64,000 nt of DNA, taken from assembly GCA_038868075.1 (NCBI GenBank), contig JAWBXB010000003.1:47156-111155 (forward strand). Direction: 5' to 3'. This stretch comes from Candidatus Bathyarchaeia archaeon. GTDB lineage: Archaea; Thermoproteota; Bathyarchaeia; Bathyarchaeales; DTEX01. Positions 28,281-37,586 of this stretch are shown here, one piece after another; positions within the stretch are counted from its first letter, which is position 1, and each line of letters begins with the position of its first letter. A program made the translations under genes and the position numbers. Under the pieces are notes generated by a model. That model saw only the letters and a list, made by a program, of their open reading frames with translations. It ran no database searches and was not told the DNA's origin.

Positions 28281-28643
28281 TTAAGTTTTCTCAGGATTTT
28301 CTTCAATAATCTTTGCATTTACTTGTACAATATCCTCGGTTATCACATTTCCTCTAACAGTTTTTCTTTTTCTCTCACCCACGTTCTCCGGCTTAAAGCC
28401 AACGCCGCCACTTAAGAGAATACTAACCTTCACTCCGCCATGAACATCAGGTCTCATTGGGAAACCATCCTTGTCGCTTCCACCAGTTATTAACAGCTTC
28501 ACTCCGGGCATACCTACAAGTGATCCATCAATCGTATCTCCTATCTTCTTACCTATCAGTGGAATAGCTCTTGCACCCTCAATTTCAACAGATCCTGATT
28601 TTCCAGTTTTTGGATCCGAAATCACTATCTTAAACTTAGCCAT
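28281..28643 (-). CDS. rps6e: 30S ribosomal protein S6e
   Basis: MAKFKIVISDPKTGKS...ITGGSDKDGFPMRPDVHG..RKRKTVRGN. Confidence 0.92.
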   Translation of the reverse strand: MAKFKIVISDPKTGKSGSVEIEGARAIPLIGKKIGDTIDGSLVGMPGVKLLITGGSDKDGFPMRPDVHGGVKVSILLSGGVGFKPENVGERKRKTVRGNVITEDIVQVNAKIIEENPEKT

Positions 28644-28701
28644 TTATTCAGCACACTCTTTCTTGGGAATAAATTCTTGAAGATGAATCTTAGCATATAA
28701 A

Positions 28702-29868
28702 TTATTCGCATCTACTCCCTCTTTGCCTAATAAATGTTACTACTCGAGTGAACATATTTAGATCTGTGATTATAATAGGTTTCACTACTAAGGAGCCATC
28801 GGACGTCATCTCCTTCATCTCATCCTCCTCATAAATATAGAATTCATGTGCCTCTAAGAAACTCTTTAGCGACATCGTTTCAGCAACATAATCCGTCTTT
28901 ATAATATTAATATATTGGAATGTGTAATGCTTCACTATAGCAGAGGATACTATAGAGTTTAGGGGGTTTTCCTTCAGATTTCCCTCAACATATGTGAGGT
29001 CAACTGGAAGCCATCCCCATGGTGGAATATACACAATTGCCCATCCATGCCAGCCCACCCTGATCTGCCTAATCCATAAATGTCCACTCCAATATCTCTT
29101 AAAGACCTCATCACGCCTTTCAATGTAAATGCAACCTATTTGCAGGTAGGCGGGTATACCTATAGCCCTACAAAAGGTGATTAATAGGTTTGCCTGATCA
29201 TCACAATCGCCTAAACCTGTGAAAAGTGTCTCATTCGGATATCTTGGAAGCTCAGAAGTATCGTAGTTAATATTTTCTGCAATCCATTTAACGAGTTTTT
29301 TAATTATCATTAAAACCTTTGTCTCGTTGCCCGCTATCCTCCAAGCTGTTTCATTCAATACTGACATGTTTGACCGCCATAGGCTTGTTGGTCTACAGTA
29401 TTCTTCACACAAATGTTTTGGAATATCGTTTAGTGTGCCGGACTCCTCTTCAGATATTGATGGTAGACTCCGCTCTCTAAAAATCAATTCATAAGTAACA
29501 TTATAGCTTATTTTTTCACCTGGGAGTATGAATTCTTTTGTGATGTTCAATATTGCCACCATGTTTCCATCAGAATCAACATCAAATCTCTCAATGCGAT
29601 GAGAAGAGCTTACCAAGTAAACCGTCTGCCAGCTGTTATTCATGAATAAACTTATTATTCTATCATTCTCAGTTAAATTCCATATTCTTTCCCGATCCAT
29701 ATTCTCATAGGTTACTTTCATCGTTAGTCTAAAAGCCTTTCCAGTAGCAGGTTTATATGCGACTTGGGATGAGTTAGCAATTAGAAAAATAAGGATTAGA
29801 AGGATTATTAAGTAGTCACGAATCTTTCTTAAATGGCTAAAGCCCTCTTTCCCCTTTACACCATACAT
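28702..29868 (-). CDS. membrane-anchored transglutaminase-like cysteine protease-fold protein
   Basis: N-terminal TM helix. Transglutaminase core GLGDCDDQANLLITFCRAIGIPAYL, followed by downstream His/Asp. Confidence 0.7.
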   Translation of the reverse strand: MYGVKGKEGFSHLRKIRDYLIILLILIFLIANSSQVAYKPATGKAFRLTMKVTYENMDRERIWNLTENDRIISLFMNNSWQTVYLVSSSHRIERFDVDSDGNMVAILNITKEFILPGEKISYNVTYELIFRERSLPSISEEESGTLNDIPKHLCEEYCRPTSLWRSNMSVLNETAWRIAGNETKVLMIIKKLVKWIAENINYDTSELPRYPNETLFTGLGDCDDQANLLITFCRAIGIPAYLQIGCIYIERRDEVFKRYWSGHLWIRQIRVGWHGWAIVYIPPWGWLPVDLTYVEGNLKENPLNSIVSSAIVKHYTFQYINIIKTDYVAETMSLKSFLEAHEFYIYEEDEMKEMTSDGSLVVKPIIITDLNMFTRVVTFIRQRGSRCE

Positions 29869-29966
29869 TCTGATTAACCATCCGAATGCTTCGCATCATC
29901 TTCTAAAGAAAATTACTGTTAAAACTTAAATAATTAGTTTCATCAGCAGTATAAATAGTGAGTATT

Positions 29967-30506
29967 ATGCGGGTTCAGGTTAACGGTATAGTAATTGAAC
30001 TTATTAAAGGGGACATAACAGACCTTCAAGTTGACTGTATCGTTAATGCAGCTAATAGTATGCTTAAAATGGGCGGTGGCGTTGCTGGCGCGATAAGGAG
30101 GAAAGGTGGACAGAAGATACAGGATGAATGCGACGAGATAATTTCTAGAAGCGGACCTGTACCAGTTGGCGGAGCCGTTATAACAAGCGGCGGAAACCTT
30201 AAAGCAAAATACGTTATACATGCTGTCGGACCAGTTTACGGTGAAGGTGATGAGGAGAGAAAACTTAGGGATACAACAATAAATAGCTTGAGACTTGCCG
30301 ACCAACACGGTATTTTAAGCATAGCTTTTCCAGCAATTTCAACTGGAGCGTTCGGATTACCAAAGAAGATATGCGCTGAAACAATGATTCCGGCAGCAAT
30401 ATCATATGTTAAAAGCGGGACAAACATAAAGAGAATAATCTTCTGTCTTTACGATGAGGAGACATTTAATATATTTGAGGAGACACTCAAAAATTTCAGA
30501 ATTTAG
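29967..30506 (+). CDS. macro domain protein (O-acetyl-ADP-ribose deacetylase-like)
   Basis: GDITDLQVDCIVNAANSMLKMGGGVAGAI...VIHAVGP...SIAFPAISTGAFG. Confidence 0.88.
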   Translation: MRVQVNGIVIELIKGDITDLQVDCIVNAANSMLKMGGGVAGAIRRKGGQKIQDECDEIISRSGPVPVGGAVITSGGNLKAKYVIHAVGPVYGEGDEERKLRDTTINSLRLADQHGILSIAFPAISTGAFGLPKKICAETMIPAAISYVKSGTNIKRIIFCLYDEETFNIFEETLKNFRI

Positions 30507-30558
30507 TACAATTTTATTCTAAAAACAAAAAATTGTTCAGCATCTTTATGTTCTTAAG

Positions 30559-30927
30559 TTACTCTATTCCCCACTTTTTAGTTACTTTGACTATTAGGAA
30601 GATCACGAATGCGACTATTAGGAATGTTATAAGCGCTCCTAGAAAACTGCCTATACGGAAGGGTCCAAGAGTTATTTGTTCCCAAGGTATTCCAGGCGTC
30701 GCAAGTTCAATTATTGGCATTAATAAGTCATTCACAAGTGATTGAACTAATGCGCCTAAATAGATGCCCGTAATGAATGCTACAGCCATTCCCATAACCT
30801 TATATTTCGATAGGAAATCCTTGAATTCCGCAATCAAACCCTTAGGCGGCGGAGCTGGCTTAGGAGCCAGAAGGTCCCTAATCTCTTTAAGAACGTTTAA
30901 AATCTCGTCTCTGCTTACTCCAGACAT
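30559..30927 (-). CDS. mscL: large-conductance mechanosensitive channel
   Basis: FKDFLSKYKVMGMAVAFITGIYLGALVQSLVNDLLMPII, followed by a second TM helix. Start ATG 30927 lies 6 nt after GGTGAT. Confidence 0.8.
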   Translation of the reverse strand: MSGVSRDEILNVLKEIRDLLAPKPAPPPKGLIAEFKDFLSKYKVMGMAVAFITGIYLGALVQSLVNDLLMPIIELATPGIPWEQITLGPFRIGSFLGALITFLIVAFVIFLIVKVTKKWGIE

Positions 30928-31027
30928 ATTGTGATCACCACCCCTCACATTCATACATTGTTTCATCTGTTATATAAAGCTATTAACTATAAAAATAGAG
31001 AAATATTAATAATGCTGATTATAGGCG

Positions 31028-31258
31028 ATGATTAAAGAAGCCGAGGTGTTTAAATTGGAGAGGAAGCCATGTCCAAATATAAAAATCAACCTAGAAAAAT
31101 GCCCATGCACCTATCCATGTGATATTAAAGGAATTTGCTGTCAATGCCTACTTAATCATAGATTGCACGGAGAATTGCCAGCATGCTATTTCCCACCAGA
31201 AGCCGAGAGAACATACGACAGGTCAATAAGAAGATTTATAGCGCTCTATAGGAAATAA
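31028..31258 (+). CDS. small Cys-rich protein (CPCTYPC...CCQC motif), function unknown
   Basis: 76-aa ORF with 8 Cys arranged CPN..CPCTYPC..GICCQC..C. Confidence 0.5.
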   Translation: MIKEAEVFKLERKPCPNIKINLEKCPCTYPCDIKGICCQCLLNHRLHGELPACYFPPEAERTYDRSIRRFIALYRK

Positions 31259-31324
31259 TCCTATCAAGGGTTAATTTCAATTATTTATATCCATAAATAT
31301 TCTATTTTTGGGCGTTGTTTTATA

Positions 31325-31530
31325 TTAGACGCGGTTACATTAGGCGAAGTGACAGTGCAACTTAATCCAGTCACAACCGGTCCATTAAGGCATGTCACAT
31401 ATTTTGAGAAGCATGCCGCTGGTTCTGAGGCAAACTTTGCCATAAACTTGTTAGGTTAGGGTTTAAAGCTGGTTTTATAACGCGGGTTAGAAATGGTGAG
31501 TTTGGGGAAGTATATAATTTTAGTTCTGCG
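31325..31530 (+). pseudogene. relic of a PfkB-family sugar kinase (KdgK/ribokinase-like N-terminus only)
   Basis: DAVTLGEVTVQLNP...AAGSEANFAINL, then after a frameshift LVRLGFKAGFITRVRNGEFGE, then a stop. Only ~70 of ~300 expected residues remain. Confidence 0.6.
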
Positions 31531-31691
31531 CAGTGAACCGCTTGTCCAGAACATGTAATTGATTGGGTCAGTTGATCTTAGCAACAATATTAAATACGCC
31601 GCAGTTAATTAAAACACTCCATTTAATCTCTAAAGATAAAAATTTAGGTTAAAATCTTCCTAAATAATAGATTATCCAATAAGCGGAGGGG

Positions 31692-32363
31692 TTGATTTTG
31701 GGAAAGAAGACGCGTATATCTTCATATCTAGTTTTAGTGGTGCTTACTTTATCAAGTGGATTGTTTGTAGGGAACTATCTTGGTGAAATACGGTATAAGG
31801 GAGAAGTTGAGAGGTTAAATAGGCACATTAAGGAATTAAGTGAGCGTATTGATACTCTGCAAGTGTGGCTTGAAGGAAACATAACTGCCTACCAAGATTA
31901 CATATCCGAGTTAGAAAGGAAATTAAGAATAGAAATTTTAGGCGTTTACTTCTCTCCGAGAGGTGGATGCGAGAACGCTATTATTGAATGGATAAGCCGC
32001 GCCAATAGATCCATTCATATACTAATCTATAGTTTTACGCTGGACTCGATTAGTGATGCGATTATAGATGCTTATGAACGCGGGGTAGACGTTAAAATCG
32101 TCCTTGAGCAGGAGCAGATCACACAATATAGTGAATATTGGAAGCTTAAGGAGACTGGTGTACCAGTACGTAATGATACGAATCCATATTCAATGCACAA
32201 CAAGGTTATGATAGTTGATAAGGAGATAGTTATAACTGGGAGCTATAACTGGTCAAGCAGCGCTGAAAATAGAAATAATGAGAACATGATAGTAATAAGA
32301 AGCAGAGAAATCGCTGAAATGTATGAAAGAGAATTTGAGAGGATATGGGAAGAAAGCGTCTAA
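31692..32363 (+). CDS. membrane-anchored PLD-family (single HKD) Nuc-like nuclease
   Basis: N-terminal TM helix and coiled coil, then the PLD fold with the HKD motif MHNKVMIVD...GSYNWSSSAENRNNEN. Confidence 0.75.
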   Translation: MILGKKTRISSYLVLVVLTLSSGLFVGNYLGEIRYKGEVERLNRHIKELSERIDTLQVWLEGNITAYQDYISELERKLRIEILGVYFSPRGGCENAIIEWISRANRSIHILIYSFTLDSISDAIIDAYERGVDVKIVLEQEQITQYSEYWKLKETGVPVRNDTNPYSMHNKVMIVDKEIVITGSYNWSSSAENRNNENMIVIRSREIAEMYEREFERIWEESV

Positions 32364-32376
32364 TTAACTTCCAAAT

Positions 32377-34164
32377 TTAAACGTGAGAAGAAATAGCTTT
32401 CCTAGTTATTTTGACAATCTCATTTAATGTTTCCAGATCATCCGCATTTAGCCTATCCTTAAATTTCGTGTTTAATAATTTCGCATCATATTCTGGAACA
32501 TGAACGTAGAGTATGTCACCTTCATCAAAGTGTCTCCCGACGATGGGTTTATCTAATGATATCGCAACCTGCTGACCCTTCTCAGCAAAAGGAATCGGCA
32601 TGCCTTTATCCTGTATCTGCAGTATCTCACCTACCTCCCTTCCATCACTAGTCATCAGCCTTATTCTGGGTCTAATTCGTCCAGCCAAGACCTCAACACC
32701 AACTATTGCTGGCTTAGACCTACGGAACACGTAGCCCGGTAAAACCCTTATTTTAGCTGGCTTTATTAACCTATCAAATTCAATTTTTTCACGCGCTTCC
32801 TTTTCGCTTCTCATCCATTTAAGGTATTCATCAATCAAGTGATAGATGACGTTATGCCAGAAAATTGGCACATTATGTGCTTTAGCCTCTTCTTCAGCGT
32901 CTGGAAGTACTTTAACGTTAAATGCTAATACAGCTCCATATAGCGGCTCCTTTTCTTTAACAATTAATGCTTCAGTCACATCCCTCTTTGAAACGTCGCC
33001 CACATCCGCTAGCCTAATTGGGATGCCATTTCTAGAAAGACTCTCAGCTATTGCCTCCAAGGAGCCTAAAGTATCAGTTTTCAATATTACGCCATCAACA
33101 TCTGTGGATATTCGGATCCTCTCAACCTCTTCATAAACCTCCTCAATATATCCGTTGATCTTATCCTCTGAGGGAACCACGTAAATTGGTGCACCTGCAA
33201 GAGCATCCTCAAGGTTTGATGCAACAATTTTAACGCCCGCAGCTGCTGAAACCTCATCAACCGATGAGAATTTTTCCCTCGGATCCCTTATTTCGTCAAG
33301 AGGCTTCGGCATTAATATTGCTCTTACAGTCGTTATGATTGGCTTCTCCCTCCCACCTAACACAATTATGTCACCCTTTTTAAGGACACCATCATAAATT
33401 ATCGCGTTTACTGTTACTCCTAAACCAACTTCCTCTTTAACTTCCAGAACTGTACCCTTAGCTGGTCCACTAGTCGTCTGAAGTCTCTTCTGCAGATACT
33501 GCTGTGTTAAGCCCGCTAAAACCGCTATCAATTCAGGTATACCCTCACCTGTCTTTGCACTCGTTGGTATTAACGCAACAGTTCTGGTGAAATCTCTTAT
33601 TTTATCGAATCTATCAGCCCTAAAAGATAATTGAGAGAATTCTCCAATAATTCTATACAAGTGTTCATCAAGACTCTGTCTAACAGCTGGTTCCTGCATC
33701 TTATAGGACTCTAGAAAAGGAGCATTTGGATAAGACTTCCAGCCTGGAATCCTATCTATTTTATTTACCGCCACTAGGAATGGTGTTTTTCTAGACTTAA
33801 GAATTTCAATGACCTCATATGTCTGCGCTTCAAAACCCTTCAAAACATCTATAACTAGTATTGCTATGTCAGCTATTCCACCGCCTCTACGCCTAAGATT
33901 CGCAAAAGCCTCATGTCCAGGCGTGTCAATCACGAGGAGACCTGGTATACGTATTTCTCCACCGATCATCTTTAGGAATGGACCCGAAATCTCCTTTAGC
34001 GTCTCGATTGGGAAGAAACTTGCGCCTATATGCTGTGTCATTCCACCAACTTCACGGGCTTGGACGCTGGTTTTTCTAATTTGATCTAGAAGTAGAGTTT
34101 TACCAGTATCAACATGACCAAGGACACAAACTATTGGCTGTCTTATTCGAGTCTGCGTCTCCAA
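32377..34164 (-). CDS. infB: translation initiation factor aIF5B
   Basis: IRQPIVCVLGHVDTGKT, DTPGHEAF and NKID GTPase motifs, 595 aa. Start moved to TTG 34164, 6 nt after GAGGTGG. Confidence 0.92.
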   Translation of the reverse strand: METQTRIRQPIVCVLGHVDTGKTLLLDQIRKTSVQAREVGGMTQHIGASFFPIETLKEISGPFLKMIGGEIRIPGLLVIDTPGHEAFANLRRRGGGIADIAILVIDVLKGFEAQTYEVIEILKSRKTPFLVAVNKIDRIPGWKSYPNAPFLESYKMQEPAVRQSLDEHLYRIIGEFSQLSFRADRFDKIRDFTRTVALIPTSAKTGEGIPELIAVLAGLTQQYLQKRLQTTSGPAKGTVLEVKEEVGLGVTVNAIIYDGVLKKGDIIVLGGREKPIITTVRAILMPKPLDEIRDPREKFSSVDEVSAAAGVKIVASNLEDALAGAPIYVVPSEDKINGYIEEVYEEVERIRISTDVDGVILKTDTLGSLEAIAESLSRNGIPIRLADVGDVSKRDVTEALIVKEKEPLYGAVLAFNVKVLPDAEEEAKAHNVPIFWHNVIYHLIDEYLKWMRSEKEAREKIEFDRLIKPAKIRVLPGYVFRRSKPAIVGVEVLAGRIRPRIRLMTSDGREVGEILQIQDKGMPIPFAEKGQQVAISLDKPIVGRHFDEGDILYVHVPEYDAKLLNTKFKDRLNADDLETLNEIVKITRKAISSHV

Positions 34165-34281
34165 CTCAAACCACCTCAAAGTGGATGCGGAACCGCTTCA
34201 TCTCTACACTACGCTAACCATTGAATCATCTTGAGGAGACTATATATAAGCGAATCTATTCTATCCGGCGGTAGATTAAGA

Positions 34282-35352
34282 TTAGCCTAATATCTCCTTC
34301 CAATCTACATATTTCCTGACAAGGTTTACGGCAGCGCTCACCCTCCTTGGGTCTCCAGGCTTAATCTTACCAATGATCTTTTGAATATGTTGAAGCGTCG
34401 TGTATGTATCATATGGCACCGATATGAGTGGAACTTTAAGTTGATCTGCTTTAGGAAAGACTTTAACGCTTGGATAGAGATTTCCAGTTAAAATTATGGC
34501 TGAAACATCAGTTTCAAGGGCTGTCAAGATTATATCCGTTCTGTCACCGCCAGTGATGACAAGCTCATTTGCAACCTTACGGAAGTATTTAGCTGCGCTA
34601 TCCGGCGTCATCGCGCCAATAAGAACAGTCTCAATAGTCCTATCGAGACCATCTTTTCCGGCTAAAACTCTACCACCAATGAAATCGCATATCTCTCTAA
34701 CCGTTGGAGCACTTAGACTCTTGTCCTCTGGAACTAAACCTAAAACTCTGACCCCATGCTTCTCCATGAACGGTTTAATTATGCGTTTGACACGCTCTAC
34801 TCTCTCAAGAGGGATACGATTTAATATAACCCCAAACAGCTTGGTTCCCCATTTCATACAGCAGTCTTGGACTTGCAGCACATCGTCAACAACAGAGTCA
34901 TCACTAAATCTTTCGACAAGAAGTATATCTGCCCCTAAAGTTCCTGCGAGCCTCGGAACTGAACACTCTATAAAAGAACCTGTTGAGAAGTTATGTGGTC
35001 CCTCAATAAACATTATGTCTACACCTTCTGAAACCTTCTCATATGCTGTCTTTACGCCTATAATATATGATGAGATGTCAGCCTCCATGAAGTTTTCAAG
35101 AAACTCCTCTTTCTCAATCATAAGAGGGCATATCGTATTACTTTCATGTTTAAGCTTTAGAATTAACCTCATCATCTCAGCATCTTCATCTAGATGCTCC
35201 CTACCTGGACTAAACGATTCCTTAATACCTATCGGCTTAAAGTATCCGACTCTCTTCCCCATTTCCGTGGCTAGAGAGGCTAATGCAATTATAATCGCGC
35301 TTTTTCCGGAAGACTCTCTCGTTGATGTAACATATATCGTTCTCTTGACCAT
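34282..35352 (-). CDS. stand-alone Pta N-terminal-like protein (BioD/AAA-like plus DRTGG domains), no catalytic PTA domain
   Basis: IYVTSTRESSGKSAIIIALA...GYFKPIG N-domain and a C-terminal LVITGGDRTDIILTAL (DRTGG). It starts 18 nt downstream of acd on the same strand. Confidence 0.65.
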   Translation of the reverse strand: MVKRTIYVTSTRESSGKSAIIIALASLATEMGKRVGYFKPIGIKESFSPGREHLDEDAEMMRLILKLKHESNTICPLMIEKEEFLENFMEADISSYIIGVKTAYEKVSEGVDIMFIEGPHNFSTGSFIECSVPRLAGTLGADILLVERFSDDSVVDDVLQVQDCCMKWGTKLFGVILNRIPLERVERVKRIIKPFMEKHGVRVLGLVPEDKSLSAPTVREICDFIGGRVLAGKDGLDRTIETVLIGAMTPDSAAKYFRKVANELVITGGDRTDIILTALETDVSAIILTGNLYPSVKVFPKADQLKVPLISVPYDTYTTLQHIQKIIGKIKPGDPRRVSAAVNLVRKYVDWKEILG

Positions 35353-35370
35353 CTTGCTTCCGACCTCATA

Positions 35371-37473
35371 TTATAATCTGCTAATTGTTACTCTTATATC
35401 TACCCCAATGCACCCCTCACCGCTCTCATAAACAAATAGGGGGTTAATCTCTATCTCAGAAATATCCTTAAATCTGCTCATAATATATGAGATTTTAAGC
35501 ATAACATCTATTACAGAGTCTATGTCTGAGGGCGGTTCACCCCTAACACCCCTGAGAAGCACATACGCTTTAGTCTCCTCAATCATCCCAGCAGCTTCAG
35601 CCCTAGTTAATGGACATAGGCGGTATGATACATCCCTTAAGAAGTTAACGTAGATCCCGCCTAAACCAAACATTAATAATGGACCGAACTGTACATCTCT
35701 GACAGCGCCAACAATAATCTCCTTTCCAGGTGGAACCATACTCTGCACTAAAACGCCGTTTATTTTGGCCCCCGGCATGGTTAAACGCGCTCTTCTAACA
35801 AGGAGATCATAATTTTCTTCCACCTCAGCTCTACTCTTAATCCCCAATATTACTCCACCTATATCTGTTTTATGGAGTATGTCTGGTGAAACAATCTTCA
35901 TAGCTACCGGATAACCTATACTATCAGCTATGAAGCCAGCTTCCTCCCTGCTTTTAGCTAACGAAGCCTTTGGTACCGGTACACCAGCCGCCTCAGCAAT
36001 TCTTATACCTTCATCGATTGTTAAGCTTAGTCGATTCTCAATACGTGCCCTTTCAATAACTTCTCGGATCTTATTCTCATCAATCTCTACATGTGGAATT
36101 CGCTCTTCGATTGGAGCGCCCGCTATAAGCCCATACTCATACATTGATTTTAGGACATAAACTGCTGATTCTGGGAAGTAGTAGTTAGGAACCCGATTTT
36201 TCTTGAGGATTTTGATTGCAAGTGAATTATCTTCAAGTCCCATAAAAGATGCGATTATGGGTTTATTTGATGTATTACTTAAGCTAGCAATTGTCTCAGC
36301 GATTTTATCATAGGGCGTCACAGCCTGCGGCGTCAAAATAACAATTATTCCGTCAATATTATTGCTCTTTAATCCAGCCTCTAGGGCTATTTTATACCGG
36401 CTCTCATCAGCATCACCCAAAACATCTAGCGGATTACCTAAACTTGCATGTGGAGGCATAACCTTCCGAAGATCCTCAATGATCTCATATTCCAGAAAAG
36501 GCAACTCTAAACCCAGCTTTTCACATGCGTCTGCAGCTAATATACCCGGACCGCCTCCATTTGTCACTATTAGAGTTCTTTTTCCCTTTGGGATTGGCTG
36601 CGAACCAAATGCCAAAACTAGATTGAAGAGTTCTTCTAAGGTGTTAACTCTTATTATTCCAGCCTTCCTGAAGGCTGCTGAAAATGCTACATCTGAGCCA
36701 GCTAAGGAGCCAGTGTGGGATGAAACTGCCTTTACACCAGCATCCGTTGTTCCAGCTTTTATGGCTATTATGGGCTTTTTCCGCGTCACATTTCTAGCGA
36801 TCTCTATGAAGCGCGTACCCTCCTTAACGCCCTCAATATAGAGCCCAATTACTTTTGTCTCTTCGTCTTCGCCTAAAGCCTCTATGAAGTCGGCAGCATT
36901 TAGGTCGGCTTCATTCCCTAAGCTTATAAATTTCGTGAAGCCAATCTCATTCCTAACCGCCCAATTCAATATTGTGCTTCCAATGGCACCGCTCTGTGAG
37001 ACAAAAGCTATATTTCCAGGGATAGGCATAGCTGGTGCGAAAGAGGCATTCACACGGCTCTGGACGCTTATTATACCTAGACAGTTCGGTCCCTGCAACC
37101 GTATACCATATCTCCTACATATGTTAAGTATTTCACGTTCTAATTGCGCCCCCTCCCTACCAGTCTCCCCAAAGCCAGCTGATATAACGATGACACCCTT
37201 CACGCCTTTCGCGCCACAGTCTTCAATAACCGATGGGACAATCCTTGCCGGAACAACTATGACCGCTAAGTCAACATCGCCCGGAACATCCTTAACACTC
37301 TTGTAGCACTTAAAGCCCAATATTTCATCAGCGTTCGGGTTTATTGGGTATAATCTTCCACTAAACCCGGATTCAACAAGGTTTTTAAATAATCTATGTC
37401 CAACTTTCCATGGTTCTCTACTGACACCTATAACAGATATAGACTTCGGATTAAAGAAAGCTTCTAGTTTCAT
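35371..37473 (-). CDS. acd: ADP-forming acetyl-CoA synthetase (fused alpha-beta ACD)
   Basis: 700 aa. ISVIGVSREP CoA-binding N-terminus, SSHTGSLAG phosphohistidine loop, and a C-terminal ATP-grasp (GYPVAMKIVSPDILHKTDIGGV). Confidence 0.88.
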   Translation of the reverse strand: MKLEAFFNPKSISVIGVSREPWKVGHRLFKNLVESGFSGRLYPINPNADEILGFKCYKSVKDVPGDVDLAVIVVPARIVPSVIEDCGAKGVKGVIVISAGFGETGREGAQLEREILNICRRYGIRLQGPNCLGIISVQSRVNASFAPAMPIPGNIAFVSQSGAIGSTILNWAVRNEIGFTKFISLGNEADLNAADFIEALGEDEETKVIGLYIEGVKEGTRFIEIARNVTRKKPIIAIKAGTTDAGVKAVSSHTGSLAGSDVAFSAAFRKAGIIRVNTLEELFNLVLAFGSQPIPKGKRTLIVTNGGGPGILAADACEKLGLELPFLEYEIIEDLRKVMPPHASLGNPLDVLGDADESRYKIALEAGLKSNNIDGIIVILTPQAVTPYDKIAETIASLSNTSNKPIIASFMGLEDNSLAIKILKKNRVPNYYFPESAVYVLKSMYEYGLIAGAPIEERIPHVEIDENKIREVIERARIENRLSLTIDEGIRIAEAAGVPVPKASLAKSREEAGFIADSIGYPVAMKIVSPDILHKTDIGGVILGIKSRAEVEENYDLLVRRARLTMPGAKINGVLVQSMVPPGKEIIVGAVRDVQFGPLLMFGLGGIYVNFLRDVSYRLCPLTRAEAAGMIEETKAYVLLRGVRGEPPSDIDSVIDVMLKISYIMSRFKDISEIEINPLFVYESGEGCIGVDIRVTISRL

Positions 37474-37586
37474 GAACCGCCCTCGTAAAGCCCATATGTA
37501 ACATTGGCTTTAACTAAGATTGAACGGCGAATATATACCTAGCGCCCTCAATATTTACTGGTTAGAGTAATAGAAGTGGGACCGGG

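Noticed and set aside
30533-30745. 70-aa plus-strand ORF
   Set aside because: It is antisense to mscL, whose frame has the conserved MscL TM1 motif.
34496-35431. 311-aa plus-strand ORF opposite the ptaN-like gene, plus several 76-159-aa ORFs opposite acd (35930-37306)
   Set aside because: These are shadow ORFs. The conserved DRTGG and ACD motifs are on the minus strand.
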